Under the pieces are notes generated by a model. The model was not told the DNA's origin and made no database searches. It saw only the letters and a program-made list of their open reading frames with translations. Of a stretch of DNA of 64,000 nt, positions 37,777 through 47,839 are shown piece by piece. Where the stretch lies: IMG/VR virus record IMGVR_UViG_3300031992_004571; one strand, 5' to 3'. Source of the stretch: a virus. The position numbers were made by a program, and so were the translations under genes. Each line of letters opens with the position of its first letter. Position 1 is the first letter of the stretch.

Positions 37777-38355
37777 TCACTTTAATGTTCCCTGACACAT
37801 CTGTTGAACATAGTTCAGAACATCACTGGCAAGGTTAAAACTCTCCTTGCCTAACTTAGCGTGCTTCAATTTATCCAGAAGCGTAGCGAAAGCATCCGGG
37901 TTATCATTGAAACGGTCTTTGAGGAAGTAGGCAAGCCATTGCTCAGAACCTTCCGGACGGGGAAGATGAAGATAACGGAGAATCATCACAGACAACGCAA
38001 TCTGCTGACTGCGGTTGATGACAACACTCTTAGCCTTCTCTCGATCGTTGAAGTCAAAGAGCATGTGAGCGGTATTCGTACTGCGATCAATGGATATCTG
38101 GAAACAATCTATCTTGTACCACTGCTTGATGAGATCGGCCATACCTCTCAAATCATCAATGGTGGTGCTGTCCTTCACAAGGAACACACCCTCACGGAGA
38201 GGCTGCATGTTCTTAGAGGCTGACAGTCCCGTAACTTTCACGATATTATCCATAATCGCATCCCAACGGACATCAACAGTGTCACACTGCCAGAACTCTT
38301 CGGTTCTGTCAAGGTCCGTACTGCGACAGGTAAACTTTATTACTGAGTCATGCAT
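37777..38355 (-). CDS. Hypothetical protein (192 aa)
   Basis: ORF with no recognisable motif. Confidence 0.4.
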   Translation of the reverse strand: MHDSVIKFTCRSTDLDRTEEFWQCDTVDVRWDAIMDNIVKVTGLSASKNMQPLREGVFLVKDSTTIDDLRGMADLIKQWYKIDCFQISIDRSTNTAHMLFDFNDREKAKSVVINRSQQIALSVMILRYLHLPRPEGSEQWLAYFLKDRFNDNPDAFATLLDKLKHAKLGKESFNLASDVLNYVQQMCQGTLK

Positions 38356-38372
38356 AATTCTAAACTTTTACG

Positions 38373-38528
38373 TTATTCATTTGCTGAATTGGTAGCATCT
38401 TTCCCTTTTTCTTTACAGAAAACCACCTTAACCGCCACATAGGCTACGCTTATTGCAATGGCCGCTACAGCGGTCAAGATGGTAATCCAGAGAATATATA
38501 TAATCGTATGAAAAAACATCTCAATCAT
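38373..38528 (-). CDS. Small TM ORF (51 aa), not in track
   Basis: MIEMFFHTIIYILWITILTAVAAIAISVAYVAV. Confidence 0.25.
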   Translation of the reverse strand: MIEMFFHTIIYILWITILTAVAAIAISVAYVAVKVVFCKEKGKDATNSANE

Positions 38529-38540
38529 AATTTCATGTTT

Positions 38541-39131
38541 TTATAGTTCTGACAACATTTCATTCATAGCCTGACAGGCATTATTACAGACAGTCTCATC
38601 AAGAAACATATTTCCCTTGCAGTAGCGATAGTGGTCACTCGTCCAGTCGTTCCACTGACATGCGACAACCTCAAAACTCTTCCTCGTAGGCATGGCACGG
38701 ATGTACCAGTAAGCGGCACCCTTTTCGGGTTTCTCTAACTTCACATCACCCTTATCTGTAAGGGCATTGAAGGCTGACAGTAATATCGGCAGAAACTTGA
38801 TACGTTCAAGCATCCGGTTCAACATCACATTGGCAGAAGAACACTCATCAAGGAGATCGTCACGCTTCTTTGTAAGTGCTTCAATCTCTGCATTGACCTT
38901 CTGCAGACGGCCTTCCTTGGTACGGCCATCAATCTTCTTTTCCTTCGACACGGAAACAGTCTCTGCAGACACTGGAGTCTCAGGCGACTCAACAGCCTTC
39001 TTAGGCTTGCGACCGCGCTTCACCACAGGCTTCTCTACCACTACAGGTTGCTCCACAGCCGGACTTTCTTTCTTCTTTCTCATAATCATATTATTATTTG
39101 TCATTTTCATTAGGTTCGTCATCATCACCAA
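38541..39131 (-). CDS. Hypothetical basic protein (196 aa) with an AT-hook-like KRGRKPKK
   Basis: ORF with the motif KRGRKPKK. Confidence 0.4.
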   Translation of the reverse strand: MVMMTNLMKMTNNNMIMRKKKESPAVEQPVVVEKPVVKRGRKPKKAVESPETPVSAETVSVSKEKKIDGRTKEGRLQKVNAEIEALTKKRDDLLDECSSANVMLNRMLERIKFLPILLSAFNALTDKGDVKLEKPEKGAAYWYIRAMPTRKSFEVVACQWNDWTSDHYRYCKGNMFLDETVCNNACQAMNEMLSEL

Positions 39132-40125
39132 AACTCATGAGATAGTCATAGAGAGAGGTATGACCGCAGAAATGGCGTCCCATGCTGACAGCACGGGGAG
39201 CGTCACGCTGAATAATCGTCTCTTCAAGACTCTTATGTAGGATGGTGTCAGGGAAAAAACAGAAGATGTAATCATAGGTATCAACAGATACCAGCATCTT
39301 CATGAAATTTGCAGAGTCATTCAACACGATACAGTCACAGTTCTTGGGGAACTCATCATAACCTGTCTCGTAAACAATGACAACATAACTGAGATAGTCC
39401 AGGATATTTGCAAAAACGCAGACGGCCTTCTGACGGCGATTGTTCACCATCGGGAATGTCAAGATACCATTCTTCTCAACGGTGAAAGTCGAAAGGGTGG
39501 TCTTCTGCTTTTCCTTATCGGCAATCTCGCTTTCTAACTCACCAATCAGCGATTCGAGTTGTAATATCTTGCAATAACTGGCTTTGTACGTGTCAATCTT
39601 ACGCTTGACCTGTGAAACCTTGGACTTTATATCGGTAATATCCTTACGAAGGATATAACGCTGACGTTCACGCTCTGTCTCTTCAATAACACCGGCTTTA
39701 CCTTGCTCGATGAGCTGCTGTAAATCAGCGTTCAGGCGTGAAAACTCTGCCTCCTTGGCATGAAGGTCAGTAGTCCATTCGTCAATATGCTCCGAACCTT
39801 CATCATAGATAGTCTGTTCCTCAGACAACTTAGTCTTCAAATCAGATAAATGGGAACGCAACTGTTCAATCAATTCCTCGGTGGTCTCAGCAAGACGCTG
39901 CTTGCTGTCCTCACTATAGAACTCCATACCGCCATTGTCATTACGGAATCCGAAACCGGTATAGATCCTGTTCATGCACGACACCTGTACATTCTTCGCA
40001 GCCAAGGGTACACAATGCCTTAATTTCGGGAAGGAGAGCGTGCTATTGGCAGCAGTCTCACCCTTCACGGTGGCATGGCTCCTGTAGAAGCCTGGATTGG
40101 CTGTTGTAGGCATACACATTATCAT
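39094..40125 (-). CDS. Coiled-coil protein (343 aa)
   Basis: Central heptad region. Sits upstream of the primase. Confidence 0.4.
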   Translation of the reverse strand: MIMCMPTTANPGFYRSHATVKGETAANSTLSFPKLRHCVPLAAKNVQVSCMNRIYTGFGFRNDNGGMEFYSEDSKQRLAETTEELIEQLRSHLSDLKTKLSEEQTIYDEGSEHIDEWTTDLHAKEAEFSRLNADLQQLIEQGKAGVIEETERERQRYILRKDITDIKSKVSQVKRKIDTYKASYCKILQLESLIGELESEIADKEKQKTTLSTFTVEKNGILTFPMVNNRRQKAVCVFANILDYLSYVVIVYETGYDEFPKNCDCIVLNDSANFMKMLVSVDTYDYIFCFFPDTILHKSLEETIIQRDAPRAVSMGRHFCGHTSLYDYLMSFGDDDEPNENDK

Positions 40126-40132
40126 AATGAAA

Positions 40133-41251
40133 TTATTTAGTTAAACTCTGAAAGGCAATAACAGAAGAAACAAGATCACTAAGCTCTTCGGCATCATGAC
40201 CGCTACGGAAGAAGTCGCTGATATCCTTCTCTTTTTTGGAACCAGAAAGCGGTAACTTAACAGAAAGAATCTGGCATTTTGTTGCAGAATCTTCCTTGGG
40301 ATAATTACGGCACTCCTGCACACGCAGGGCTGACTCACGAATGCCAGTCTCATCACAATCGTACAAGAATACGATATACGGGAACAGCTGAGCAATCTGG
40401 TTGAACGTTCGTGAGGATAACTTCGCTGTCTCACTGTTCAAACTGATGGCATAGAAGCCACGGGTTGATAAAGACATGACATCTTTCTCTCCACCAGTGA
40501 CAAATAAGCAAAAGTCCTTTGCTACGTCAAGGGTTTCTTTACGGGAACGGATCTTCTCTCGCTCCTGCTCAATCTGGGTCATCCCAAAGATATATGGACG
40601 CGGGAGATTCCCGGCGTACATGAAACGACCAATCTCAGCACCTGGACGGTAAACCTTGATACCAGTTCCTTCGTTAAAGGTATAGCCGAACATCGGCACT
40701 TCCTTTGTACCATATATATTATAATGGCTACCGTCTGCACGCTCAAAATAACAGGATGTGAGACATTTCACACCGAAACGCTGCAGCACGTCAATGGTAA
40801 TACCATACGACTGCCAGTATTCTAATTCGAACTTGTTGAAGTTACGATACTTAGGGGTAAACTTCACAGGACGGTTGTCGGTAGTTCTCTCCGTCACTAC
40901 TTTCTTCATCACAGGATGATGACCTACTGGAGCATCGTCGAGAATGAACAACTCACATTCCCTGTCGATAGTACGAAGGATTTCCATAAAATCATTACGG
41001 ACATCAAGACCGGTCAACTTACCAACCAGCCAGAAACAGTCACCATGCCAGGTGCTGTCACCAAAATCCTTCAAGATAAAACGGCCCTCACCGCCTGCAT
41101 TATCCTCATTATAATAGAGGTGACAGGAGGGATTATTGTCTGTGCGGAAGGAGTTACGAAACACCTTCTTCTTACAGTCACCACCCATATAATGGACGAA
41201 CACGTCAAGTCCACCGTTGGTCTTTTGTAATATTCTGTCTCGGTCTGTCAT
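40133..41251 (-). CDS. DNA primase, TOPRIM domain (DnaG-type) with an N-terminal Cys/His zinc-binding region
   Basis: TOPRIM signature FVTGGEKDVMSL...IVFLYDCDETGIRES. N-terminal ...NNPSCHLYY...HGDCFW. Confidence 0.6.
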   Translation of the reverse strand: MTDRDRILQKTNGGLDVFVHYMGGDCKKKVFRNSFRTDNNPSCHLYYNEDNAGGEGRFILKDFGDSTWHGDCFWLVGKLTGLDVRNDFMEILRTIDRECELFILDDAPVGHHPVMKKVVTERTTDNRPVKFTPKYRNFNKFELEYWQSYGITIDVLQRFGVKCLTSCYFERADGSHYNIYGTKEVPMFGYTFNEGTGIKVYRPGAEIGRFMYAGNLPRPYIFGMTQIEQEREKIRSRKETLDVAKDFCLFVTGGEKDVMSLSTRGFYAISLNSETAKLSSRTFNQIAQLFPYIVFLYDCDETGIRESALRVQECRNYPKEDSATKCQILSVKLPLSGSKKEKDISDFFRSGHDAEELSDLVSSVIAFQSLTK

Positions 41252-41252
41252 A

Positions 41253-41534
41253 TTAAATCTTCCTATAGTTATCTTGGATGTAAAACTTCAAATACGGACG
41301 GTCTTTCTGACTGCTGAAGATGATGAGATTATCATCATACGTGATACGGAGTCGAGGAACAGTTACCTGAAGGTCATTTTCAATGATGGCGTCCTTGATC
41401 TGCTGAATATTCGCCCGGGCCTCTTCAAGGGTATCTTTCACCTCATAAACCTTCGGGGGTAAAGACAGCAGAAAATGGAATAACCATTTCGGCTGATAAC
41501 GGACGAACTCTCTTCTCTGTACCTTGTATGCCAT
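41253..41534 (-). CDS. Hypothetical protein (93 aa)
   Basis: ORF with no recognisable motif. Confidence 0.35.
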   Translation of the reverse strand: MAYKVQRREFVRYQPKWLFHFLLSLPPKVYEVKDTLEEARANIQQIKDAIIENDLQVTVPRLRITYDDNLIIFSSQKDRPYLKFYIQDNYRKI

Positions 41535-41893
41535 TATTCAATTCCTCCTTCCTCTATAAACTCCTGGGGATAGACAGTTCTACTGTCCTTTCCCACCATT
41601 ACATGACCGCACAAGCGGATGTATTTCATACGCATCAAGTCACCATAACCGCCACGAGTACGGAAGATGGTCACCTCACCTCCAGTTTCATCAGAGGTAT
41701 GACTGAAACCAAGATAGTTGATTCTTGGCGCTCCAAGTTCCTTTACCCACTGTTCCAAACCAGTGAGGTAACGGCTCAGATGTTCCTCAGACTCAAAGGC
41801 ATGATGATTAGTCTTTCTCATCTCTGTACCAACAGGCTGGAGAAACTTGGGACAACTGCCACCTACAAATACATTTGTTACTACGTAGATCAT
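41534..41893 (-). CDS. Hypothetical protein (119 aa)
   Basis: ORF with no recognisable motif. Confidence 0.35.
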   Translation of the reverse strand: MIYVVTNVFVGGSCPKFLQPVGTEMRKTNHHAFESEEHLSRYLTGLEQWVKELGAPRINYLGFSHTSDETGGEVTIFRTRGGYGDLMRMKYIRLCGHVMVGKDSRTVYPQEFIEEGGIE

Positions 41894-41948
41894 CGGGATT
41901 GGTTTTTACTTGAAGTTATGATGTTATACGGTTTTTACTTATTCTGGA

Positions 41949-42224
41949 TCATTCGAAATAGTCCTGTTTGCGCTGCTGCAGTATTCGCAGGTCTGAAACG
42001 CGATATTCTATCTTTCCTGGACGTTTGCTGACAGGCTCCACAAGACCCTTCTTTCGCCATCGACGGATATTCCCTTGACCGAATATCTTGAAAGCCATGT
42101 TCTGGGAAATCAAATCGCTCGGATTCTCCATCGCTTCCAACAGCTTCGGCACCAAAGCCGTCGCAAGGTCGTTGATGAATGTGCTATAAGAAACACATTT
42201 GTCTGGGAACGTCAGTTGTATCAT
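41949..42224 (-). CDS. Small HTH DNA-binding protein (excisionase-like)
   Basis: FGQGNIRRWRKKGLVEPVSKRPGKIEYRVSDL resembles an HTH_17/Xis-type motif. Confidence 0.4.
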   Translation of the reverse strand: MIQLTFPDKCVSYSTFINDLATALVPKLLEAMENPSDLISQNMAFKIFGQGNIRRWRKKGLVEPVSKRPGKIEYRVSDLRILQQRKQDYFE

Positions 42225-42269
42225 ACTTACCTTTTGAAATTAGAATTTGCAAGGGGAATTTGTTAGTAG

Positions 42270-42608
42270 TTATACACGCGCAGAGATAGGTTGCTCTGCA
42301 CCGAACATAGAGAGTTGCGTCGGTTCTGTGCGCTTGATGATAAGCGGCTGCTCCGCACTCTTATAAATACCACAACGCTTCAGGATTTTCTTAACACCTT
42401 CGCCAGTCAGTCCCTTTGCCTTGGCAATGTTCTGGATAATGCGGTTCGGCTTAACCTGACCGGTCATAATCTCATGAGACCAACCGAGGTAAGTCTTACA
42501 AATTTCTTCGGCTCTGGTCCGGAGAAAAGTCTCATAAGTCGTTTCTAAAGTGTTAATTTTACCCATAAACTTTGTAGTTTGTACTAAATTTCGTATTTTT
42601 GCATCCAA
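42270..42608 (-). CDS. Small putative DNA-binding protein (112 aa), first gene of the long minus-strand block
   Basis: ORF abutting the divergent control region. Confidence 0.35.
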   Translation of the reverse strand: MDAKIRNLVQTTKFMGKINTLETTYETFLRTRAEEICKTYLGWSHEIMTGQVKPNRIIQNIAKAKGLTGEGVKKILKRCGIYKSAEQPLIIKRTEPTQLSMFGAEQPISARV

Positions 42609-42696
42609 AATTGCACTGAGTGTTGCATTAGTAGTTGCATCCGAAGTTGCATATTGTGGCGCAAGGAATTTTGTGCAAAGATAGATAATTATCTAT
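42599..42696. promoter_or_regulatory. Divergent control region with four TTGCAT repeats at 11-12 bp phasing and a perfect 16-bp palindrome (atagataattatctat)
   Basis: TTGCAT at 42599, 42624, 42635 and 42647. Palindrome at 42681-42696. Confidence 0.5.
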
Positions 42697-42751
42697 AAAA
42701 AATAGAGAAATGTCTATATTTTTAATGTAATTTAACTATAATTATAGAAAA

Positions 42752-43174
42752 ATGGCAATAAATATAGGCCTTTTCCATGTAGGAGAGGCAATTAAAGATA
42801 GAATAAAATCCCTGAAGATGACTCAGGCAGATTTCGCAGAAATACTCAAAATGACGCAACCAAGCGTCAATGCTATGCTGAAAAAATCAAGCATGGACAC
42901 TGATGATTTAAAACGCATCAGCATACATCTTGACTATAACTTCTTTGAGGACTTCTGTCCTGATCTGAAACAGAAAAGGGAACAGCAAATAGCACATGCA
43001 GAAGCTGAGGGTGAGAGCGAGACAATAAAAGAACTTGTTAGACAAATGTCTTACCTGCGAAGCGAAAACATACGGAAAGACAAAGAAATAGAAAGACTGC
43101 TTGCGGCAATCGACACATTCACGTCGATAAAAAACAAAGAAGCATCAGAAACCAAAAAAATCGCAAATGTGTAG
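42752..43174 (+). CDS. XRE-family HTH transcriptional regulator with a coiled-coil C-terminus
   Basis: LKMTQADFAEILKMTQPSVNAMLKK is a classic XRE HTH. Confidence 0.6.
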   Translation: MAINIGLFHVGEAIKDRIKSLKMTQADFAEILKMTQPSVNAMLKKSSMDTDDLKRISIHLDYNFFEDFCPDLKQKREQQIAHAEAEGESETIKELVRQMSYLRSENIRKDKEIERLLAAIDTFTSIKNKEASETKKIANV

Positions 43175-43233
43175 TCATCCGCTATGACTTCATTCGGAAA
43201 AAATACTTATAGGTGAAATCTTATATATAATAT

Positions 43234-43869
43234 ATGTATATAAAGAGCAAATATCCTATTCGCTGGAAAATGCAATATATTCCCACCTACTATGAGGGAT
43301 TGAACGAGGAACAGCAACGCGACCAGCGTATTGTCCTTGGCTTCAAAGATGGAATATATGATGAAGATCTCATGCACTGGTTCAGACAAAACATCTGGAA
43401 GATGACTGAGGGTGACGAATATTCCTGGTCTATCTGTTTCCTTCCCTGCAGCAGCGACGAAGAACAACAGAAGCGTTTCGGTAAATTGGAACAGTACCTC
43501 AAAGAGAACACAATGATAGAAACCCATCTGTCAACCTTCGGGTATGTAGAGAAGCCGGAGCCTTCACATTGCATAGGGAAATCCGATATCAACCTGATAA
43601 ATATCGCTCTCCATGTTCCTGATATCTACATGAAGAATGTCATCCTAATAGATGATATTATCACCACTGGCAAGACGTTCAACAGAACGGCAGAACAAGC
43701 CATGCGCATGGGTGCCAAGTCCATTCACGGCCTGTTCCTTGCAAAGACCATCCATCCAGACCTCCCCATGAAAGAGAAAAACTCCCATAGAGAGGACGAT
43801 GATTCTATTATACGAGAAGAAGCAGAGATTATGAATAAACTCAGCAATCTTCCTCCAGAAGATAATTAA
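43234..43869 (+). CDS. Phosphoribosyltransferase-domain protein (type I PRTase fold, ComF-like C-terminal half)
   Basis: PRPP-binding motif VILIDDIITTGKTF. Confidence 0.45.
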   Translation: MYIKSKYPIRWKMQYIPTYYEGLNEEQQRDQRIVLGFKDGIYDEDLMHWFRQNIWKMTEGDEYSWSICFLPCSSDEEQQKRFGKLEQYLKENTMIETHLSTFGYVEKPEPSHCIGKSDINLINIALHVPDIYMKNVILIDDIITTGKTFNRTAEQAMRMGAKSIHGLFLAKTIHPDLPMKEKNSHREDDDSIIREEAEIMNKLSNLPPEDN

Positions 43870-44074
43870 AACTTCAAAGATTTCTGCTTATGAACACCTC
43901 ATAACCAAAATACACCCAAAAATATGGCTTGAAAGCGTTCGCCATAAAAATGCTTTGAAATGTTGCGAAATTGTTAAGAGTATGCTCTTGAACTCCCTCT
44001 ATTTCCTCGAAAAAATTGCCGCCGCGCAGGCTGCTGTTGAGGAATAAACGAAAGATTCTGAATATGAGGAAGTT

Positions 44075-44109
44075 AGGCGTAACTCTCTTTTAAATAAGGG
44101 GTTACGCCT
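44075..44109 (+). other. 9-bp-stem hairpin (aggcgtaac...gttacgcct) followed by a T-run, upstream of int
   Basis: Direct reading of the sequence. Confidence 0.4.
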
Positions 44110-44160
44110 ACTTTTTACCCTCCAAGGTTTACATGATAAATATGTATTATTTAAGTAAAT

Positions 44161-44222
44161 GTTGAGAATATGTTGAGATGATTTATTGGGGCTGTTGAGA
44201 GCAAGTTGAGAATAAGTTGAGA
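44161..44222 (+). promoter_or_regulatory. Five direct GTTGAGA repeats ending 8 bp before the integrase ATG (candidate arm-type sites or operator)
   Basis: gttgagaatatgttgagatga...ctgttgagagcaagttgagaataagttgagaaaa. Confidence 0.6.
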
Positions 44223-44229
44223 AAAAATT

Positions 44230-45708
44230 ATGGCCACTTTTAAAATTACGGTACAAAAGCAAAGAACAGACGGATACTGGCCCGTCTATATCAGAGTCAT
44301 CCATCATCGAGAAAGCGCGTTTATGAAAACCGACAAAATGGTGGATAATAAAGGCATTGTCAAAACTACAAAAGAGGTTAAAGACCCTTTTGTAAGAAAA
44401 GCTTGTGACTTGCTCATAACAGATTACATTGATCGACTTAATAAAGTTGATACAAGCACCTGGTCTGCACAAGACGTAGTAAAGTTTCTGAAAGAAGGCA
44501 CATCTGATGTGTGTTTTTCAGATTACGCCCGACAATATCAGGCAAAAATGATACAGGAAGGTCATGCGCGTAACGCACGAACTTACGAACTTGCATATCA
44601 GAATATGGAACTGTATGCCGGTACAAATAAAGTGATGTTCTCACATATAACATCAGCTTTCATTAACGGATGGATAAAATCCCTATCAACAACGGCCAGA
44701 GCAAAAGAACAGTACCCCGTCTGCATCAGACAGATTTTCAAACAAGCCCTTCTTGATTATAACGACTATGATACAGGGCTGATACGAATAACAACGAACC
44801 CATGGCCCAAAGTGAAAATACCTAAGAGTGATAACCCTCAACACAGGGCTATCACAATGGAAGAGTGCCGGGCATTCTTTACTGCCCAACTACCGGAAAG
44901 CGATAGAAAATTCCCGTTATCAGAACTTGGAAGAGACGTAGCAATGATGATACTATGCCTTGCCGGTATAAATACCGTTGATATTTTCTTCCTCGAAAAG
45001 AAAAACTATCGCGACGGTATCATCTGCTACGAAAGAAGAAAAACAAGGGAAGCAAGAGCAGATAATGCTTACTTTGAAATTCGCGTTCCAAACATTCTAC
45101 AGGATATCGTTCAAAAATATCTTGATAAGACGGATTCTCCGTACTTATTCAACTTCCACAAGCGTCTATCATCTTATGACAGCTTTAATGCAAACGTAAA
45201 CATTGGTATCCGTCAGATATGTGAGAAAGTGCTTGGTATAGAGCATGGTAAAGGGTATAGCGGATATACCTTCCGTCATACCTGGGCGACTGTTGCACAG
45301 AATGAATGTGGTGCCTCTCTGGCAGAAGTGGATTTTGGCTTGAATCACGCTCATAAAACCAGGTTGGCACGTACTTATGTGAAGATTGACTTCACACCTG
45401 CTTGGATATTAAATGAAAAGGTAATTGAGAAAATCTTCTTCACAGAAGAAAACTCTCGTGAACACAAAGAAGAACAGGATAATCATTTTGAGCGTTTTTC
45501 CTTCAAACAACTTATCAAAGGTACACTGTACTTTCGTGGACGCATCATAAGTACAGTTGAAGATGTCGGTTTCAACAATGTTGAAGATGTCATCAAGGTA
45601 CTCATGAAAAACCTTCCTGATACCATCCCTACCAGATCTCTCGTTCAGATACGTATCGAAAACAAAGACAAGCAACAAACCAAAGACTATACCCGAACGG
45701 TAAAATAG
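44230..45708 (+). CDS. int: Tyrosine recombinase/integrase (Bacteroides CTn/NBU-type, N-terminal arm-binding domains)
   Basis: 492 aa. Catalytic region GYTFRHTWATVAQNE...LNHA (R-H-x-x-R...Y family). Confidence 0.8.
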   Translation: MATFKITVQKQRTDGYWPVYIRVIHHRESAFMKTDKMVDNKGIVKTTKEVKDPFVRKACDLLITDYIDRLNKVDTSTWSAQDVVKFLKEGTSDVCFSDYARQYQAKMIQEGHARNARTYELAYQNMELYAGTNKVMFSHITSAFINGWIKSLSTTARAKEQYPVCIRQIFKQALLDYNDYDTGLIRITTNPWPKVKIPKSDNPQHRAITMEECRAFFTAQLPESDRKFPLSELGRDVAMMILCLAGINTVDIFFLEKKNYRDGIICYERRKTREARADNAYFEIRVPNILQDIVQKYLDKTDSPYLFNFHKRLSSYDSFNANVNIGIRQICEKVLGIEHGKGYSGYTFRHTWATVAQNECGASLAEVDFGLNHAHKTRLARTYVKIDFTPAWILNEKVIEKIFFTEENSREHKEEQDNHFERFSFKQLIKGTLYFRGRIISTVEDVGFNNVEDVIKVLMKNLPDTIPTRSLVQIRIENKDKQQTKDYTRTVK

Positions 45709-45728
45709 ACTCTCGTAATCTAAAATAG

Positions 45729-45765
45729 CAGCCCTGACATTCTTACTGTCAGGGCTTTTCCGTTT
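45729..45765 (+). terminator. Rho-independent terminator after int
   Basis: agccctgaca-ttcttac-tgtcagggct followed by tttccgttttc. Confidence 0.6.
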
Positions 45766-46062
45766 TCTGATTGCACTTATATCATATTTTCTTATTTTGT
45801 TGAAAGAAAACTTTGTATTCTTTTTCTGTTTTTCGGGCGCAGTCAAACATAGATTTTCTGTGCTAAGGTAGCGGAAACCGTTCCCGGCAAGGGTCGCATA
45901 ATGCTTGGCTTCGGAAAACTTACAGAGAATTTTGGGTGCAGCAGCTCCGTAATCAAAATTCACAGGAACTTTCCCGGCCATCCCTTGACCTTATGGGACT
46001 ACCTTTCCTACGCTTCAGAATGCACATAAAATTCAAAGTTTAACTTCTAAAAACAGAACGAA

Positions 46063-46758
46063 ATGAATACTTCATCAGTTTCCAACCTTTCAATCAAAAA
46101 CTGGTCAAAAGATGACCAGCCCATTCAAAGAATGCAGTCATTAGGTACTCAAAGCCTTTCTGACGCAGAACTGCTTGCAGTACTAATCGGCAGCGGCACT
46201 AAGGGCCGTTCAGCCGTAGAAATCGCAAGAGACCTTCTCGCGAAGTTCAATAACAGTCTAAACGCCATTGGCAAGGCACGACTGGATGAGATAACATCTG
46301 TTGAAGGCATTGGTCTTACCACCGCCTGCAGAATATCCGCTGCCATTGAAATTGGCAAGCGTAGAACAAAAACTGACGAAACTCCTGACCTCGGTACAGC
46401 AGTCAGAATCTACAATTTTATGCTCCCAATCATGAAAGATCTTGATACTGAAGAATTTCATATCATACTGATGAACCAGAACTTCCACTTTATAAAGCGT
46501 TTACGCATTTCTAAGGGTGGTATCTCTGAAACAGCTGTTGACATCCGTATCATTATACGTGAAGCTGTTCTTAATAACGCTACCATTTTGGCCTGCTGCC
46601 ATAATCATCCCAGTGGTTCTCTCAGACCCAGTAGGGCTGATGAAGAACTAACACGTTCAATCAAAAACGCCTGTCAGCTGATGCGCATCCACTTTTTGGA
46701 TCATGTCATCGTGACGGATGGAGCTTATTACTCCTTCCACGAGGAAGGTAAAATCTAA
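46063..46758 (+). CDS. radC: RadC-like JAB-domain protein
   Basis: N-terminal HhH region (LSDAELLAVLIGSGTKG) and JAB motif HNHPSG. Confidence 0.8.
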   Translation: MNTSSVSNLSIKNWSKDDQPIQRMQSLGTQSLSDAELLAVLIGSGTKGRSAVEIARDLLAKFNNSLNAIGKARLDEITSVEGIGLTTACRISAAIEIGKRRTKTDETPDLGTAVRIYNFMLPIMKDLDTEEFHIILMNQNFHFIKRLRISKGGISETAVDIRIIIREAVLNNATILACCHNHPSGSLRPSRADEELTRSIKNACQLMRIHFLDHVIVTDGAYYSFHEEGKI

Positions 46759-46779
46759 AGGTTTTACATTCTCGCCCAT

Positions 46780-46816
46780 ATCGGGTAGTATCTAATGGTA
46801 CTATCCGATATTTTTT
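46780..46816 (+). terminator. Terminator-like hairpin after radC
   Basis: atcgggtagta-tctaatgg-tactatccgat (1 mismatch) followed by attttttat. Confidence 0.45.
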
Positions 46817-46876
46817 ATGTTCAATAAGAAATATTCCAAACCTACAATATTTCATTATAAATAGTAATATTAGCAT

Positions 46877-46898
46877 ATTACAATAAAACAATATTACA
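46877..46898. promoter_or_regulatory. ATTACAAT...CAATATTACA motif variant
   Basis: attacaataaaacaatattaca. Confidence 0.35.
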
Positions 46899-46972
46899 CT
46901 ATAAACTTATGGACAAGAACAAATAACACCATCTTTCCTATGTCCTTTCCGTTGTTTAATTTTCACCATAGA

Positions 46973-47337
46973 GGTTCATTCCGCTTTCTGACGTCTTTCC
47001 CCTTGCAAAGGTAGGGAGGCTCGTAGCCATGCCAAGTATCAGTTGCACACTCCCTATTTCAGAAAAATTTTGTAAAACCCAAGGGCATTTTCTTTTGGCA
47101 CAAGACGCAAAACAAAATCAAAATTTTATCCGAAATTCCTTGGCGAAGGCTACTCTTTAGCCTCTCTTTTTTAATGGCAAGGAAAAGGACTAAAAGCGAA
47201 ACGAAGTCGATGACGACTGAAAATTTATTGAAACAACGGCTGACTTGGAAAGAAAACCTTATGAAAAGGAACTTAGCTCACTCAGCCGATAACTCTCAAA
47301 AACCGAAGCCGACGGAATACAAACAGGCATATATAAA
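46973..47337 (+). repeat. R1 conserved noncoding module, copy C
   Basis: Core shares ~95% identity with B and D, with single-base indels. A shortened 3' extension ends at the ATG at 47338. Confidence 0.85.
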
Positions 47338-47556
47338 ATGAAACAGATGTGGCTACTTATCATTAAAAACCTCAGTAAGAGCGAAGTCTTTGATTTGTTC
47401 TTTGAGGGTCTGGAGTATGAAACCGTAAATGGTGAAATACATATCCAGTATGAGAGAAAGAAATACCTGATGGAAGATCTTAACGGTGCAAAGGCGAGAA
47501 CTTTAAAAGAAATTGCCTATGAGATAGATAAAATACAATTAACTCCAATATGTTAA
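47338..47556 (+). CDS. Hypothetical small protein (72 aa), first gene after R1-C
   Basis: ORF with no recognisable motif. Confidence 0.4.
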   Translation: MKQMWLLIIKNLSKSEVFDLFFEGLEYETVNGEIHIQYERKKYLMEDLNGAKARTLKEIAYEIDKIQLTPIC

Positions 47557-47560
47557 AACT

Positions 47561-47839
47561 ATGATAACAGTCAGTGAAATACAGAAAATTCTCAATGATG
47601 CAGGCATCAGCGGAGAAGTAGAACAAGATTCAATCCCTTTTCTGGTGGCAGTCACAATTTATTGGGGTGACTGGAAACACGACCACGGATATCTAAAATA
47701 CCTCATGCAGCAGCATGGTCTTACCCATGTCAAGGAAGAATTATTGGAAGAAGATGGAAGCGACTGTTATAGTGCCAAACATCTCTTCGGTGAGGATCAT
47801 TTTGTAGAAGGCGCAAGAAAACTCTTTCAACCGGCATAA
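47561..47839 (+). CDS. Hypothetical protein (92 aa)
   Basis: ORF with no recognisable motif. Confidence 0.4.
   Translation: MITVSEIQKILNDAGISGEVEQDSIPFLVAVTIYWGDWKHDHGYLKYLMQQHGLTHVKEELLEEDGSDCYSAKHLFGEDHFVEGARKLFQPA

Noticed and set aside
43999-44472. 157-aa minus-strand ORF spanning the int upstream repeats and int 5' end
   Set aside because: Overlaps the GTTGAGA array and the well-supported integrase start, with no supporting features.
43870-46062. tRNA gene as integration target next to int
   Set aside because: No tRNA-like T-arm or acceptor sequences (GGTTCGAATCC-type) were found on either flank of int.
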